DNA of 63,407 nucleotides, filler included, from Chiloscyllium plagiosum (Eukaryota): the NCBI RefSeq assembly GCF_004010195.1. It is 7 parts of one record of this genome, joined end to end, with 100 filler letters (N's around TTAATTAATTAA, not from the genome) between each part and the next. Parts side by side here need not be neighbours in the genome. Positions count along the whole stretch, not along the records: positions 49,359 to 56,053 come from NC_057710.1; positions 56,154 to 61,165 come from NC_057710.1; positions 61,266 to 63,407 come from NC_057710.1; 4 more parts are not named here. One strand, written 5' to 3'. Positions 51,701 through 63,407 of the stretch are shown here, piece after piece. The notes beneath the pieces were generated by a model that was not told the DNA's origin, searched no databases, and saw only the letters and a program-made list of their open reading frames with translations. Within the stretch, counting starts at the first letter, position 1. Every line of letters begins with the position of its first letter. The translations under genes were made by a program, and so were the position numbers.

Positions 51701-52473
51701 TTAGAGACAGAAGACAATGCGAGTAATATTTTGATAACATTTTTAATTTAACTGCACAAGAAATATTCTGACATTAGCTACAGAGTGACCTGAAGCATTA
51801 TAATCATAAATACCCAGGTGTGAAAGATATGAATGGTAGTTCAATAGTGTTCCATGCTTCTGTTACTGATACTGCACCAGGTAAGTAGATTGTTGTTGCC
51901 TGCAAACTATAGATATGAACCCAATTTGAGCTGTCAGACTGTGGACGTCCTTATCTTGACACTTTTTATCATGTGACTGTAACTGATTGACTTGCTTCAT
52001 CTTATCTCCTGGACATTTGGGCATTAGCATTTCATCCAGGTTTCTGAACAACAAGCCTATCTACATCATGATATTTCACTGCTCTTCACTGAAAATACTA
52101 TCAGTGGTAACTTTCTCTGAAATCTGACTGATCAACTACTAAGACAATCTGAGAAGTGGCAGAGATCCCAGTTACATGCTTATGCAGAAATTCTGTCTAT
52201 CTTTTCCTGAAGTAATGGCTACAATCAATTAACTGGGATTATCCAGCACCAGGTAGTAAGGATCCCAACTTCCATGGTGGGATTTGAATCTATGCTCCTA
52301 GCACATTAACCTGGGACTCTAGATTCCTCATCAAGTTACATCACCGCAATGCCATCATTTCCCCTCTATGTCCTGCTTGGTGTTTAGCTTTTGATGCTGC
52401 CTAACCCACTGTGATCTCCAGCATTTCTTGTTTTCAGTATAGATTACAGCATCAGCAGTAATTAGTTCCTATA

Positions 52474-53645
52474 GTGGATGAGGGTAGTGCTGTGGATGTT
52501 GTATATCTGGACTTTCAGAAAGCATTTGATGCAGTGTCACGTGGCAGGTTGGTTAGCAAATTAGAAATGTTTGGGAATGAAGGATCCTTGGCAACCTGGA
52601 TTAGAAGTTGGCTAAAAGATAAGAAACAGAGAGTAGGGAGAGATGGGCATTTATCAGATTGGAGATGAGTTGAACATGATGTTTCCCAAGGATCAGTATT
52701 GGCACCCCTGCTGTTTTTGACTTATATGAAAGAATTTTTGATATGGGTGTTGAGGACAAAATCTCTTAATTTGCACACAATATTAAGCAAGGGAGAATAG
52801 TGAATTATGAATGATACTGAGCAACTTCAGATGGACATTGACAATTTGGCCAAATGGGCAGGAACCTGGCAAATGAAATTCAATTGAGGGAAATCTGAGG
52901 TAATGCTATTTTGTAGAAGGATGGCCCTGCAATTAGAAAGACAATACAAGCTCAATGGTGAAGATTGAGGGGAGTACAGGAGCAGAGGAACTTTGAGGTT
53001 CAAGTGCATATCCTCTAAAGGTGGCCAGGCAAGTTGAAGCAGTTTTAAGAAAACTTGGAAGATCTTTGTAGAGTATAAAAGCAAAGAGATGAAGCTATAC
53101 CTCAACCAATCACTGATCAGAACACTTTTGATGTGTTATGTGGTTCTGGGCATCTTACTTAAAGAAGGATGTTAAAGACCCAGAGAGAGTTCAAAGGAGA
53201 TTTACTAGAAAGATAAAGGGATTTTAAATACAGGGAAAGATTTCAGAAATTGGGCTTTTTCTCCTTGGAGCAGAGAAAATTAAAGGGTGACATTACTGAG
53301 GTGTTCAAAATCATGAACAATTTTGACAGGGTAAAGAAGGATATTCTGTTTCTAGTAATTGGCATGTTCAGTAATTAGGGGTTGTAGCTTCAAGATTGCC
53401 AGCAAGAGAGTTAGGAGTGAAATGAGGAGAAACTCTTTACTCAGAGGATTGTTAGGATGTCAAATGCATTTCCTGGGAGAGTGGTGGAGGCAGATTCCAT
53501 AGGAGGTTTCGAAAGGGAGCTGGATATACATTTGAAATTGATAATTTTAGACGAATATGAAGATGGGGCTGGAGATTGGGGATAGGTATGTAGCTCTTTA
53601 GGGACCTACAGGTATGATAGACTAATGGCCTCCTTCTGTACAAAA
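52474..53645 (+). mobile_element. Decayed CR1 RT to 3' end
   Basis: DEGSAVDVVYLDFQKAFDAV..QRV. Confidence 0.9.
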
Positions 53646-53698
53646 GTTGTCAAATGATGCATTTAAATTTTTGAAATAACAAAGTAAATTTACATTAC

Positions 53699-53781
53699 CA
53701 GGGGTTATATGTGACAGCTTCGGTTCATCGATAGAGCTAGGTGATTCCAGAACCAGTGAGTTCTGGTGGATAAATAAACGA
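53699..53781 (-). CDS. Candidate 83-nt exon (xRLFIHQNSLVLESPSSIDEPKLSHITP)
   Basis: ttgtctgccttttag acceptor, CTG|gtaatg donor, only one open frame, retained CpGs, unique island between repeats. Confidence 0.45.
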
Positions 53782-54639
53782 CTAAAAGGCAGACAATTCT
53801 AATCAAATACTATCGCCCTCAATGATAGAGTAGCCCAGCACTTCAGTGTAAAATAAGTATTTGCATCCAGCTTCAGTCAGAAGTGATGAGTGCTGGGTTG
53901 CTTGCTGCAACTGGACAGGGCCTTAGTGTGACCACACCTATAGTATTGTGTGCAGGTCTGATCTCCTTACCAAAAGAACGGTGGTTATTCTGACTTCGCA
54001 ATGGAAGGATGCTTATTGATGAAACAGCAGAAGATGGATGGGTTTAGGACACCGTTGGGAGGAACTCCTGCAGAAATGTCCTGGAGCTGAGATGACTCAC
54101 ACTGAATAACCACAATCATCCCTTTTTGGGCTAGGTAAGATTCGACCCTCCCTCTCTACCTATCTTGATACAATTTCACCACATGGACTGCAGTGGTTCA
54201 AAAGGAATTACCACCTTCTCAGAATATCAGAAGATGATGATTAAATGCTCTGACTGTCATATCCCAGGGGTAAATTCTTAAAAATAACCCTACAATGTAG
54301 ATAATAATATGCAAATTTTGATTTAAAGCAAGATTGCAAATATTTTGAAGACTTGCTGCTGAATTATGATGTAAACCTTGCAGCATTGACTGATCCTTTG
54401 AATTTTTTTCATTGAATTTATTTCCAGCATTGGATTGCACTGCCATGGGTGATGGTGGAGACAGTTACAATAGGATGTTTAAAATGCCTATAGAAACGCA
54501 CATGAATAGACAAGGAATGGAGGCATATTGACCAGGGGCAGGCAGAAGGATTGATTTAATTTGGTGTCATGTTCAGCACAAAATTGTGGGCAGAAGGGGT
54601 GATTCCTGTGCTGTATAGTTCTGTGTTCTATGTGGGTAT

Positions 54640-54940
54640 CTCTAGCTAGGTTGGCATTTATCACCCACCCTAACTGCAGTTAAGCGTAGACCACATTGCT
54701 ATGGGCCTGGAGTCACACATAGGGCAGACTAGGTAAGGATGGCAATTTCCTTCCCTGAAGGATATGAGTGAACCAGATGGGCTTTTACCCAAAATTATCA
54801 TTAAACTCTTAATTTCAGATTTCTGTTGAATTCAAATTCTAGCACTTGTCATGGCAGGATTTGAACTGGGGTCACTGGAATATTACCTTGGTTGCTGGAT
54901 TGATAGTCTGATGCTAATATCAGGAGATTGTTGCTTTCCC
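54640..54940 (-). mobile_element. Shark tRNA-derived SINE
   Basis: Reverse homologue of 4820-5172. Confidence 0.82.
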
Positions 54941-55384
54941 GTAAATGACCTATTGTTTGCAGAAAGAAGTGCAGCATTTTAAAAAAAAATTCAACAGGTG
55001 TAAGCATTGCTGGCTAGGCATTTGTAAAATTAGTGTAGAAATTTGTGTTTTGGGGTTTTGGAGTTTCAACTAATTAAAAATTGGATATCCAAACCCAGCA
55101 ACAACCTGATCTTTGAGAACATGGGTTTATAAGCTAACTGTAATCTGTCAAGGATTTACTTTGATAAGTCTTGTTTGATTGCATATTTGATTGTGGGCTG
55201 CACTGAAATATAATTCCTGCTTCAGGTGCTCTTGCAAGGTCCAACTGAAATACTAAATAGGTCTACTGGTGCTGTAATTCAGCGCATGGAGTCATTAAGT
55301 GATGTGCTCATCAACCAAAACAGAACAGACTGCAAAAAACATTTCCATAGTGAGTTTCAGTACCTTGAAAGACAATAAAAAATG

Positions 55385-55545
55385 AAAGACTTGCATTTAT
55401 ATAGCAATTTTGATGAGCTCTGGATGTTCCAAAGCTCTTTGTAGCCTTTAAGTATTTTACACCGTCACTGACTCAAGGAGGACAACATGGCATCTAATTT
55501 GTGGAAGGCAAAGTCCCACAAATAGCAATGAGATAAATGATCAGT
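55385..55545 (-). mobile_element. Deu-SINE/L2-type 3' end
   Basis: aaagacttgcatttatatagc..tcccacaaatagcaatgagataaatga. Confidence 0.7.
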
Positions 55546-55921
55546 TAACCCAGTTGCTATTCACTGGACCCAAAATTTAACTCTTCTTTCTCTCCACAGA
55601 TGCAGACACAGCTGTTGAGTTTTCCAACAATTTCTGTTTTGTTTTATTTCTAGCATCTGTAGTTTGTTTTAGTGAATCTACTTTGGTGGCTTTAAGTGAG
55701 TGAAAATTACTGACCATGACACCACTAAGAACTCCCTGCTGGGTTTACTAATTTTGTGACATCAGAATACAATAATGAATGTCTTCTCACAAGTGCACAT
55801 GTGCAAAGTTTTATAAGATGGCTATGTTTTAAATTGTCTCTTTTAATTGAAGGTGCTAGTTCTTCTCAATAATAAACTGATATGACCTGGTTACTGTGGG
55901 AACTGGGGCCCAGATTAAGAT

Positions 55922-56053
55922 GGAGAAAGTGAGGACTGCAGATGCTGGAGATCAGAGCTGAAAAATGTATTGCTGGAAAAGCGCAGCAGGTCAGGCAGCA
56001 TCAAAGGAGCAGGAGAATCGACGTTTTGGGCATGAGCCCTTCTTCAGGAATGA
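55922..56053 (-). mobile_element. Penelope pLTR segment running into a gap
   Basis: Reverse of 35264-35395. Confidence 0.88.
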
Positions 56054-56153
56054 NNNNNNNNNNNNNNNNNNNNNNNNNNNNNNNNNNNNNNNNNNNNTTA
56101 ATTAATTAANNNNNNNNNNNNNNNNNNNNNNNNNNNNNNNNNNNNNNNNNNNN

Positions 56154-56835
56154 CAGATATAATCTGCAGTAACCCTTAAACTCTCTTTAAACTCCCACAT
56201 CTGACAAGTAGTACATATCACTGCAAAGGCCATTTTTGCTCCTTCACAATCTACAGACCCAGAAAATAACACCGTCTTATTCCTCTACAAACACTGCCCC
56301 AGGTTAAATTAATAGCTATGGCTTATATTTTCAGTTTAATCAAGAGACTTATCGCCAAAAAACATTGAATCAAGAAAGAACCCACTGTACTCACTCATAC
56401 AGCCTTTCTCTTGGACAGACTTAAAACAACAATTAACTTATCTGATTCTGTGCTGTGACCTTCACCCAACAGTTCCTCCAAGATTAGTTGTGAAATTCAC
56501 TGTTTCTTAATTTTCCCAGATGCACTCCGATGTCCAGCGATACACGAATTCAAACAGCAAAGGCGGTAACTGTGCAGGTTTATTCTCCTCTCTCTCTCTC
56601 ACCTGCACTGTCCTCATCATGTGCTTCCTTTGTCTGCTCTTCTCCCTTTTAAAACTGCTGTTGTTTTGACTTTTTTTTTCCAAAGTTCCAAAACAATGCA
56701 ACAGCATATAAATCAGTAATTGCTGCTCCTGGAATTCGAGGAAATCACCTCCAACACATAAAATACCTCAAAGAAAAGGAGCAGCTCTTACAGCCAGAAA
56801 TTTTTCCCATCCTCCATCTTGGATTACCCAGAATC
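56154..56835 (-). mobile_element. CR1 5' UTR and ORF1 start
   Basis: ATG at 56233 (-): MAFAVICTTCQMWEFKESLRVTADYI, the CxxC zinc-finger start of CR1 ORF1. Confidence 0.8.
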
Positions 56836-56839
56836 CACC

Positions 56840-58190
56840 TAATTGACTCAACCTCTCCTCATCAGGCAATCCTTGCATATCAGTTATCAGTATCGTGAAC
56901 CTTCTCTGGATATCTACAATGCCAGTATATCATTCCTTAGATAAATGGTCTAAAACTGTTCACAATATTCCAGTTGTGGTCTTGTACATTTGTAGCAAAA
57001 ACTACTTTAACACTCCGTTCCCTTTGAAGTAAAGTCAAAAATTCAATTTGCCTTCCCTATTACCTGTTGAATTTAGCTGCTAACTTTTTGTAATTCTTGG
57101 ATGAGGACACCGAAATCCCTGTGCTCCATAGCTTTCTGATGTTTTCCTCCATTTAAATAATATTCAATTCCCCTATTCTACCTGCCAAAGTGCATTACCT
57201 CACATTTCTCCACATTATATAATATTGCCACTTTTTTCTCCCAATCACTTGATTGTAATGCTCTGCAGACTTTTTGTGGCATCTCCTCCACTTGCCTTCC
57301 CACCTACTTTTCTGTCACCTGTAAACCAGTACTTACATTTTCCACATCCAAATCATTAATATATATTGTAAATACTTGTAGCCCAGCACTGATCCTTGTG
57401 GCTCATAACTGGTTATAGTTACCATCCTGAAAATGTTCTCCTTATCCCAACTATCTGTCTTGTCAATCAATCAATTCCCTATCCACACTTGTGTAATTCC
57501 CCAATATCATGTTTTTTTTATCTTATTAAGAAGCTAATTTGTATGACCTTATCAAAAGGTAGTACAATTCTGACAATTTCAAATGTATTACATCCACTGC
57601 TTTGTTACATGATCTCCATGATCTCCTGGTTTTTCTGTCTCACTGTATAGCTGTGGCTAGAAGACCTATAGATTCCTCTGACCCCTTTTTATTTCTTACC
57701 TCCACTCATATGGATTCCACATCTTCCTATTCAAGATAATTTCTTGTTATTGTGCTTCTCCCATTCTTTGCCAACAATGCTACCCCGACACCCTTCCCTT
57801 CCTGCCTCTCTGATATCTCTGAGTACTTATTTCTCATCTTTGATCTCCTTGTCACCAGGTCTCTGTAATGGCTATAAGATCATATCCATTAAACTGTATT
57901 TGTGTGATTAATTTATCTATTTTGTTCTGAATACTATTCAATTAAAGAGCCATTAATACTACTTTTTTACTATTCTTCCCCTTTAACACAACTTTTCTAT
58001 GTTTATATGTTATTGTTTTTATATGTTTATACACTCTGTCCCTTCCTATCCAACTCTGGATATGATTATCCAAATAACTGCTCTGTAGTTCTACCAAAGC
58101 CTCTTGCTTTATAAATCTACATTTCTCCTCTCCAAACACTCCCATCCCCCACCTCCTATTTAGTTTAAGGCCTTCTCCAGAGTCCTGCTT
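56840..58190 (-). mobile_element. Heavily decayed CR1
   Basis: Fragments of RT and endonuclease-region sequence on the reverse strand. Confidence 0.7.
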
Positions 58191-58974
58191 ATTCAGATGG
58201 TGAAAATCAGATTCAGGAAAAATTCTGAAACATCACAATTTTTATTCAAAGGGATCATCAACTGCTTACATATTAGTTGATTTTTTTTTGCTGTTTCTTA
58301 GATTCTATGTACTTGTGTATGACAGTTCTGTGCTGAAGTATGTAGGCTCTTTACTTCACCTGATTGATTAGTTTGGATTTTACTTCACCCTTTATGTTTC
58401 TTGTACTAGTGTGTCAGACATATTCCTATCCCCAACCACTGTACTCAAGGATTGCTGTGAACTTAGCATGATCTCTTGTCATTAGTACTGATAATTCTGC
58501 TTTGAAAGATGAAAAATTGAAATGCTCCTCTTGGCCTTGTGTCATCCCATCCTCTGTCAAGGAATTCAATTCCTCAAAAACAATTTGTTCTGCAGCTTTG
58601 GTGTTCACATATATTCAGTTAATAATTCCTTAGTGAACTTGAGTGTGATTGAACTGTTCATTCTTGTTGTCAACATTTGTTTCAATTCACAAATTTTGCT
58701 CAGCTCTGACATCTGAAGGATCTGAAGTGATTTAAGGAATGGAGAACATTTCTGCTGTATAGTCGCAGATTTCTTCCAGTTGACAATGTGAAACTATTCT
58801 CTTCTGACAACATCAGTAATGTCAATACAAGTTTAGTGCCTGCTGGCTCCCCATGAGTTTAGGAAGCCCAAATGATATTTTGGATAGTTATCACTGGACA
58901 AGTTGGACAACAGTTTGTTCCTGGGCCAAATGTTCTCTGATTAGTTTCTCTTTGAATTGACTCAGAAGAGGAAT

Positions 58975-59340
58975 TGATGGCCAAGTGGTATGATCACCAG
59001 ACTATTAATGCAGGAACTCAGCTAATGTCCTCAGGTTCGAGCCCTGTTTTAGCAGATGGTGGAATTAGAATTCAATTTTTTAAGAAGTCTGGAATTAATA
59101 ATTGATTGGTGCCCATGAAACCTTTGCCAATTGTCAGGAAAAACCCATCTGGCTCACTTATGTCCTTCAGGGAAGGAACTCCACCATTCCCAGGTGGTCT
59201 AGCGTACATGTGGCTTCAGGCCACAGCACAACTGCCTCTGAAATGGCCTAGCAAGCCACTCAGTTCAAGGGTAGCTAGGGACAAACAATAAATGCAGGCC
59301 AGTCAGCGATTCTCATGTCCCATGAGTAAATTAAAAAAAA
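58975..59340 (+). mobile_element. Shark tRNA-derived SINE
   Basis: Homologue of 4820-5172; ends catgagtaaattaaaaaaaa. Confidence 0.85.
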
Positions 59341-59359
59341 ATTGAGGGAACAACTTAAT

Positions 59360-59832
59360 AGGGTTCAGAGAATACTTACAAGGATGTTGCTGGGACTGGA
59401 GGGTTTGAGCCATAGGGAAAGGCTGAAAAGACTGGGGTTATTTTCTGTGGAGCATTAAAGACTGATGGGTGACCTTATAGAGGTTTATAAAATATGAGGG
59501 CATGGCTAAGGTGAATAGCCAAGGTCTTTTCCGCGGGGTACGGGAGTCCAAAACTAGAGAGCATAGAGTCATATAGTCAGAGAAGATTGTTTGGTCCAAC
59601 CAGTCCACACCAAACAATATTCCCAAAATAAATTAGTCCCATTTGCCTGCATTTGGCACACATCCCTCTAAACCTTTCCTATTCATAAACTTACTGAAGT
59701 GTCTTTTAAATGTTGTAACTATACCTGCATCCACTTCTTTCTCTGGCAGTTCATTCCATACACATACCACTCTCTGTGTAAAACGATTACCCCTCATGTC
59801 CTTTTTAAATCTTTCTCCTTTCGCCTTACAAG
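59360..59832. mobile_element. Two CR1 fragments (59360-59565 +, 59566-59832 -)
   Basis: GDLIEVYK-like on plus; CR1 3'UTR on minus, cut by the LTR. Confidence 0.85.
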
Positions 59833-60471
59833 TGTTAGCGCGGATGAAATGATATCAGTCCGAGCGGTTCAACAATCTGTAACGTTTATTGCTACAATAA
59901 CGCCGGCGGAGACCAACCGAGGTCCGAATCTCGACTGCTCTCCTGTTCCCGCGCGCTGATACATATTATATACTTTTACTTGTCAGGATGTGTGGAATTT
60001 GAGGATGAATGGGATGATAGTTCCCCATCATCACTGGAGTAGGTGCAAATAGTATGTTTCCTGCCGTCCCAGGAGAGTTGCAGGGCACGCACAATAGGGT
60101 GCTAATTGGTTTATGTAAAACGGGTCCGGGTATTATCTGCTTGTCTCTCTCTGTGAGGGCAGGGGTGCTCTGTGAGCACCCCCCCTTTGTTCCCTTGGGG
60201 TGTTGGTGTGTATTGGTCTTTTCATTTCATGTCTGGTGGATGCCTGTCCTTCCGGAGTTTTGGTCTATGAGTCATGGGTAATGTTGGTCTAGTGTGGATT
60301 TGATCTGTCCTCTGTCTCCTATCTCCCGGTCACGTGGGCGGACCGGCAGCTGCTGAGTTCTGTGGGTTTAAAGCTGCGACTGCTGTTTAAAACACAAAAT
60401 GAATTCTTATAGTTTCCTGATGTAGGCATAGTCACGTGGCAACAGCAGGGCGGCTCTGATGCCCGCTTGCA
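59833..60471 (-). mobile_element. 3' LTR (639 bp) of a retrovirus-like element
   Basis: Minus strand: TGCAAGCG...CGCTAACA termini, TATATAA near 59970, AATAAA at 59885-59890, preceded by PPT GAAAGGGGGGA (60473-60483). Confidence 0.85.
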
Positions 60472-60606
60472 GTCCCCCCTTTCGGCAAGAGGTTGGACAC
60501 GTCCACACCCTCGATGCCGTTACCTTGAAAGTCGGCTCCTCGCCCGGTACATTCCGCCGGCCGTCATGCTGCAGTCATGGGGCGTTTGGATAGTCCCGGG
60601 AGAAGG

Positions 60607-61165
60607 TCACATTAACTCGAGCCCTGTGAGCTCACGGTGCCTGATCGCCCGCCAGGAGTCGATGGCGTGGAGCATGGTCTTCCTGGTCTTTCGTTTTTTG
60701 TGCTGGCGGCATGAATGACACGCCAGCAGGAGCCAGGCCAGAGCCAGCACTCACGGTGCCTGATCGCCCGCCAGGAGTCGATGGCGTGGAGCATGGTCTT
60801 CCTGGTCTTTCGTTTTTTGTGCTGGCGGCATGAATGACACGCCAGCAGGAGCCAGGCCAGAGCCAGCAGTAACTGTATGCCTACAATGGTGTGTGAGATG
60901 ATTCGGATCCAGGGATGGATGTTTACGTTCAGGCCCCAATCCCACACCCTCTGTGCCCAGCCCTGGGACTGCAGAGCTGTCTCTGTGTCCTCCTCTAGGT
61001 CCTTTACATGCGACTGCAACTGGTGATACAATTTCACTGAGTGTCCTACCCGGGTCCTAAACTACCGTAAGACCTCAGCCAAATGTGGGATGGGGGCTTG
61101 CTCTGGCTCCTGATATTTCCTGAGGGTGTCCCTGAATTTATCAGTAGTTTGTATGGACTCGGGGT
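60607..61165 (-). pseudogene. env-like transmembrane protein C-terminus (disrupted)
   Basis: Heptad-like VKLYHQLQSHVKDLEEDTETAL, Trp-rich WAQRVWDWG, TM IISHTIVGIQLLLALAWLLLAC, basic tail RQHKKRKTRK, directly upstream of PPT/LTR; one in-frame stop and a 119-bp duplication. Confidence 0.7.
60631..60868. repeat. Exact 119-bp tandem duplication
   Basis: 60631-60749 equals 60750-60868. Confidence 0.95.
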
Positions 61166-61265
61166 NNNNNNNNNNNNNNNNNNNNNNNNNNNNNNNNNNN
61201 NNNNNNNNNTTAATTAATTAANNNNNNNNNNNNNNNNNNNNNNNNNNNNNNNNNNNNNNNNNNNN

Positions 61266-61850
61266 TGCCTCCTCTTGGGATCTTTCTTCCTTTTAGGAAT
61301 GAACTGATCCTAAATATCCGCAGAAATATCCGCCATTGTTCCTCCACGGTCTTCCCTGCTAAGGTATTGCACCATTGAACTTTGGCCAGCTCCTCCCTCA
61401 TAGCTCCATAGTTCCCTTTATTCAACAGAAGTACTGTCACTTCCGACAGTACCCTCTCCCTCTTAAATTGCAGATTGAAGCTTATTGTATTATGGTCACT
61501 ATTTCCCAATGGCTCCTTCACTTCGAGGTCTCTGACCAATTCTGGTTCGTTACACAATACCAGATCCAGAATTGACTTCTCCCTGGTCGGCTCCAGCACC
61601 AGCTGCTCTAAGAATCCATCTCTGAGGCACTCCACAAAGTCTCTTTCTTGTGGCCCAATACTATCCTGATTCTTCCAGTCTACCTGCATGTTAAAATCCC
61701 CCATAACAACTGTAGTGACATCTTTGTGACAGGCCAATTTCAGCTCCTGATTTAACTTACATCCGACATCCAGACTACTGTTTGGGGGCCTGTAGATGAC
61801 TCCCAAGAGGGTCTTTTTACCCCTGGTATTTCGAAGCTCTATCCACACTG
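61266..61850 (-). mobile_element. Young CR1 endonuclease fragment
   Basis: GVIYRPP..VMGDFN..PTREKSILDLVL..PLGNSDHN. Confidence 0.95.
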
Positions 61851-61899
61851 AATTAGATGATCATTGTTAGGATTTTCATTTCTTTGTACTCCTAAAGTC

Positions 61900-63105
61900 A
61901 GAAAGATCTACAGCACAGAAAAAAGCCTTTGATCCATCGCGTCACAACCACTAACTATTCTTATCCCATTTTCCAGAATTTGGCCCATAGCCTTGTATAC
62001 CTTAGGTGTACATCTAAATACTTCTTAAATGTTAGGAGAGTTTCTGCCTCTACCATCCTTACAGGCAGTGAGTTTCAGATATCTGTGGAAGGGTTACTAG
62101 ATTCAAAACATTAACTCTGATTTCTCCCCATAGATACTGCCAGACCTGCTGAGCAGTCTACCCAATCTCTTTCGATAACTAAAACTCTCCGTCCAGGCAA
62201 CATCCAGGTAAATCTCCTCGGCCCTGCTCCAGTGCAAACACTTTCCTCTCTGTGAAGTGGATTCCAGAACTGTGCACAATCCTTTCGCTGTGGCATAACC
62301 AACTTTTTATACAGTTCTAGCACAGCCTTGCTCTTATATTCTATGCCTTGACTAACAGGCAAGTATACATAAGTCTACTTAACTGCTTTGTCCATCTGTC
62401 CTGCTATTGTAAGGGACCAGTGTACATGCACACAAAGGTTCCTCTGATCCATGGTGCTTCCCAGGGTCCTAATATTCATCATATATTCCCTTGTCTTATT
62501 TGCTCCACTCCCCACCCCCATCCCCCCGCACACAATTGCAACATGTCTCACTTTTTCAGATTGTTCATTTGCTACTAATCACTTCGTATGACCAGCCTAT
62601 TTTTATCCTCTTGTATTCTAAGGCTATCCTCCTCACTACTTACCGCCCCAGCAATTCTTGTATTGTCTATAAATTAACTGAGCAACCCTCTTAACATTCA
62701 AGCCTAAATCATTTATATATACAACAAACAGCTACACTGACCCCTGTGGGACCCCACCGGACACAGACTTCCAGTCATAAAAACCTCTGGACCTTTAGCC
62801 CTCTGCTTCCTGCCACACAGGATCTAATTTGCTGAATTTCTTTAGAACTCATGGGCTGTTACCTTTGCTATCAGTCTCCCAAGCAGGACCTTATCCATAG
62901 TCTTGCTGAAATCCAAGTAGACTACATCAAAAACATTGCCCTCATCAACACTCCAGTCACCTCTTCAAAAAATTCAATTATGTTGGTCAGACATGGCCTC
63001 CCCTTAGCAACACCATGCTGAGTGTTCTTGATGACCTCCTACATTTCCAAGTACAGATTAATTTTGTCCGTCGGAATTGTTTCCTGTTGTTTGCCCACCA
63101 CTGAA
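61900..63105 (-). mobile_element. Decayed CR1 RT to 3' end
   Basis: Reverse gatgtagtctacttggatttcagcaag (VYLDFSK) and CR1 3'UTR. Confidence 0.88.
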
Positions 63106-63106
63106 G

Positions 63107-63407
63107 TTAGTTGGTTAAGAAGAAGAAGGAAGCATATGTCAGGAAGAGACAGCATAGATCGAGTGAATCCTTAGAGAGTATAAAGGAAGTAGGAGTATAC
63201 TTAAGAGGGAAATCAGGGGACATGAGATAGCTTTGGCAAATAGAATTAAGGAGAATCCAAAGGGTTTTTACAAATATATTAAGGACAAAAGGGTAACTAG
63301 GGAGAGAATAGGGCCCCTCAAAGATCAGCAAGGCGGCCTTTGTGTGGAGCCACAGAAAATGGGGGAGATACTAAATGAATATTTTGCATCAGTATTTACT
63401 GTGGAAA
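63107..63407 (+). mobile_element. CR1 ORF2 internal fragment, runs off the window
   Basis: LANRIKENPKGFYKYIKDKRVTRERIGPLKDQ..EILNEYFASVFTVE. Confidence 0.93.

Noticed and set aside
55588..55670. Short cacagatgc..ttcc..agcatctg repeats (also near 3420 and 52395) as further ribozymes
   Set aside because: Related pLTR-like tails but lack the CUGAnGA/GAAA core
12731..56053. Dispersed short repeats as a CRISPR-like array
   Set aside because: Irregular kb-scale spacing, both orientations, individual target duplications, eukaryotic context
58302..58337. Plus-strand 36-nt micro-exon candidate (FYVLVYDSSVL)
   Set aside because: Good splice signals but no partner exons or recognisable homology; chance match likely

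Overview
Eukaryotic, AT-rich, repeat-dense genomic DNA, almost certainly from a cartilaginous fish. This is inferred from HE1/V-SINEs, shark-type CR1 (HER1-like) LINEs and Deu-domain SINEs. No complete protein-coding gene, rRNA, true tRNA or CRISPR array is supported. Most of the window is nested transposon debris: several CR1 families, L2, a Tx1/L1 fragment, Gypsy, two Penelope families, a hAT element with TIRs and an 8-bp TSD, Harbinger remnants and SINEs. Points of most interest: (1) about ten Penelope-derived segments carrying a minimal hammerhead-ribozyme motif, many with 10-15 bp target duplications, one forming a ~180-bp foldback; (2) a CpG-rich LTR + polypurine tract + env-like transmembrane ORF (59833-61165); (3) a few candidate exons of an unidentified minus-strand host gene, two of them phase-compatible; (4) several local duplications and templated insertions. 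Six N44-TTAATTAATTAA-N44 blocks are assembly spacers. Family calls come from motif recognition by eye, not database searches, and boundaries of decayed repeats are approximate.
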